DNA of 63,725 nucleotides, counting the filler, from Octopus bimaculoides (Eukaryota): NCBI RefSeq assembly GCF_001194135.2. It is 7 parts of 5 records of this genome, joined end to end, with 100 filler letters (N's around TTAATTAATTAA, not from the genome) between each part and the next. Parts side by side here need not be neighbours in the genome. Positions count along the whole stretch, not along the records: positions 62,586 to 63,725 come from NW_026425967.1; 6 more parts are not named here. One strand, written 5' to 3'. Of this stretch, positions 63,040 through 63,725 are shown one piece after another. The notes below the pieces were generated by a model that saw only the letters and a program-made list of their open reading frames with translations, did no database searches and had not been told where the DNA came from. The stretch's first letter is position 1. Each line of letters opens with the position of its first letter. A program made the position numbers and the translations under genes.

Positions 63040-63567
63040 AACGATGATAATGATGATGATGATGATGATGTTGACAACAACATCAATAATTATTTAATGA
63101 TCACAAAGTTGATTGTGCTGCTGACGATGAAGAGTCGCAGAAGGATGAAGGGAAAATAGAAGAGGTGCGGAAGGAAGAGGAGGAGAGTGAAAAAGGTGAT
63201 GGTGATGGAATTGTTGATGATTATGATGATGATGATGATGACAGAGTAGTTAATGATTATGGTGGTGGTGGTGGTGGTGATATTGATGATTATGACATCG
63301 ATGATTACGGCAGTGATGATGATGATGATGATGGTGTCATGATGGTATGATGATGATGATGATGATGTGATGATGATCATGATGATGGTGTGATGATGAT
63401 GATGAAGGTGTGATGATGATGATGAAGGTGTGATGATGATGATGAAGGTGTGATGATGATGATGAAGGTGCGATGATGATGATGATGATGACGATAAAAA
63501 TGATGATGATGACGATGATGATAATGATGATGATGATGACGACGACAACGATGACGATGATGAAGTG

Positions 63568-63599
<32 letters not shown>

Positions 63600-63725
63600 G
63601 ATGATGGTGATGGTGATGATGGTGTTGGTGTTAGTAATGGTGGTGGTGATGGCAGTGGTACTGTTGATGATGATGATGATTAAGATAATGATAGTGTTTT
63701 GATAATGGTGATGATGATGATGATG
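63040..63725. repeat. (GAT)/(GGT) microsatellite field with a derived minisatellite of about 21 nt
   Basis: tgatgatgatgatgaaggtg unit repeated about 5 times at 63392-63480. Confidence 0.9.

Overview
Eukaryotic, AT-rich, extremely microsatellite-rich draft-assembly DNA with many N gaps. The SINE repertoire and repeat density suggest an octopus/coleoid genome (inference, not searched). Almost all ORFs in the supplied track are microsatellite or N artefacts. Host-gene evidence is limited to minus-strand exons. One is a start-codon exon of an unidentified Ser/Thr/Pro-rich protein (7232-7409). One is a first coding exon of an SLC22 organic cation/anion transporter-like gene (38043-38191), too short for the ORF track. 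One is a possible frameshifted SLC22 C-terminal exon (16981-17143). The rest is a dense mix of mobile elements: several modular tRNA-derived SINE families (two head-to-tail arrays), decayed non-LTR retrotransposons (an RT fragment, R2-superfamily restriction-like endonuclease fragments next to TAA/TA repeats, a LINE-like 3' end with three C2H2 fingers), decayed mariner transposases, and many hAT/Tc1/pogo MITEs. Most notable signals: Penelope-like repeats carrying minimal hammerhead-ribozyme motifs with covarying stems; three strong RFX X-box sites, one fused to a perfect CRE; a CpG-decay boundary near 12-14 kb; and several long hairpins or interleaved inverted repeats. No rRNA, intact tRNA or CRISPR was seen, and I found no evidence strong enough to claim a wholly new system.
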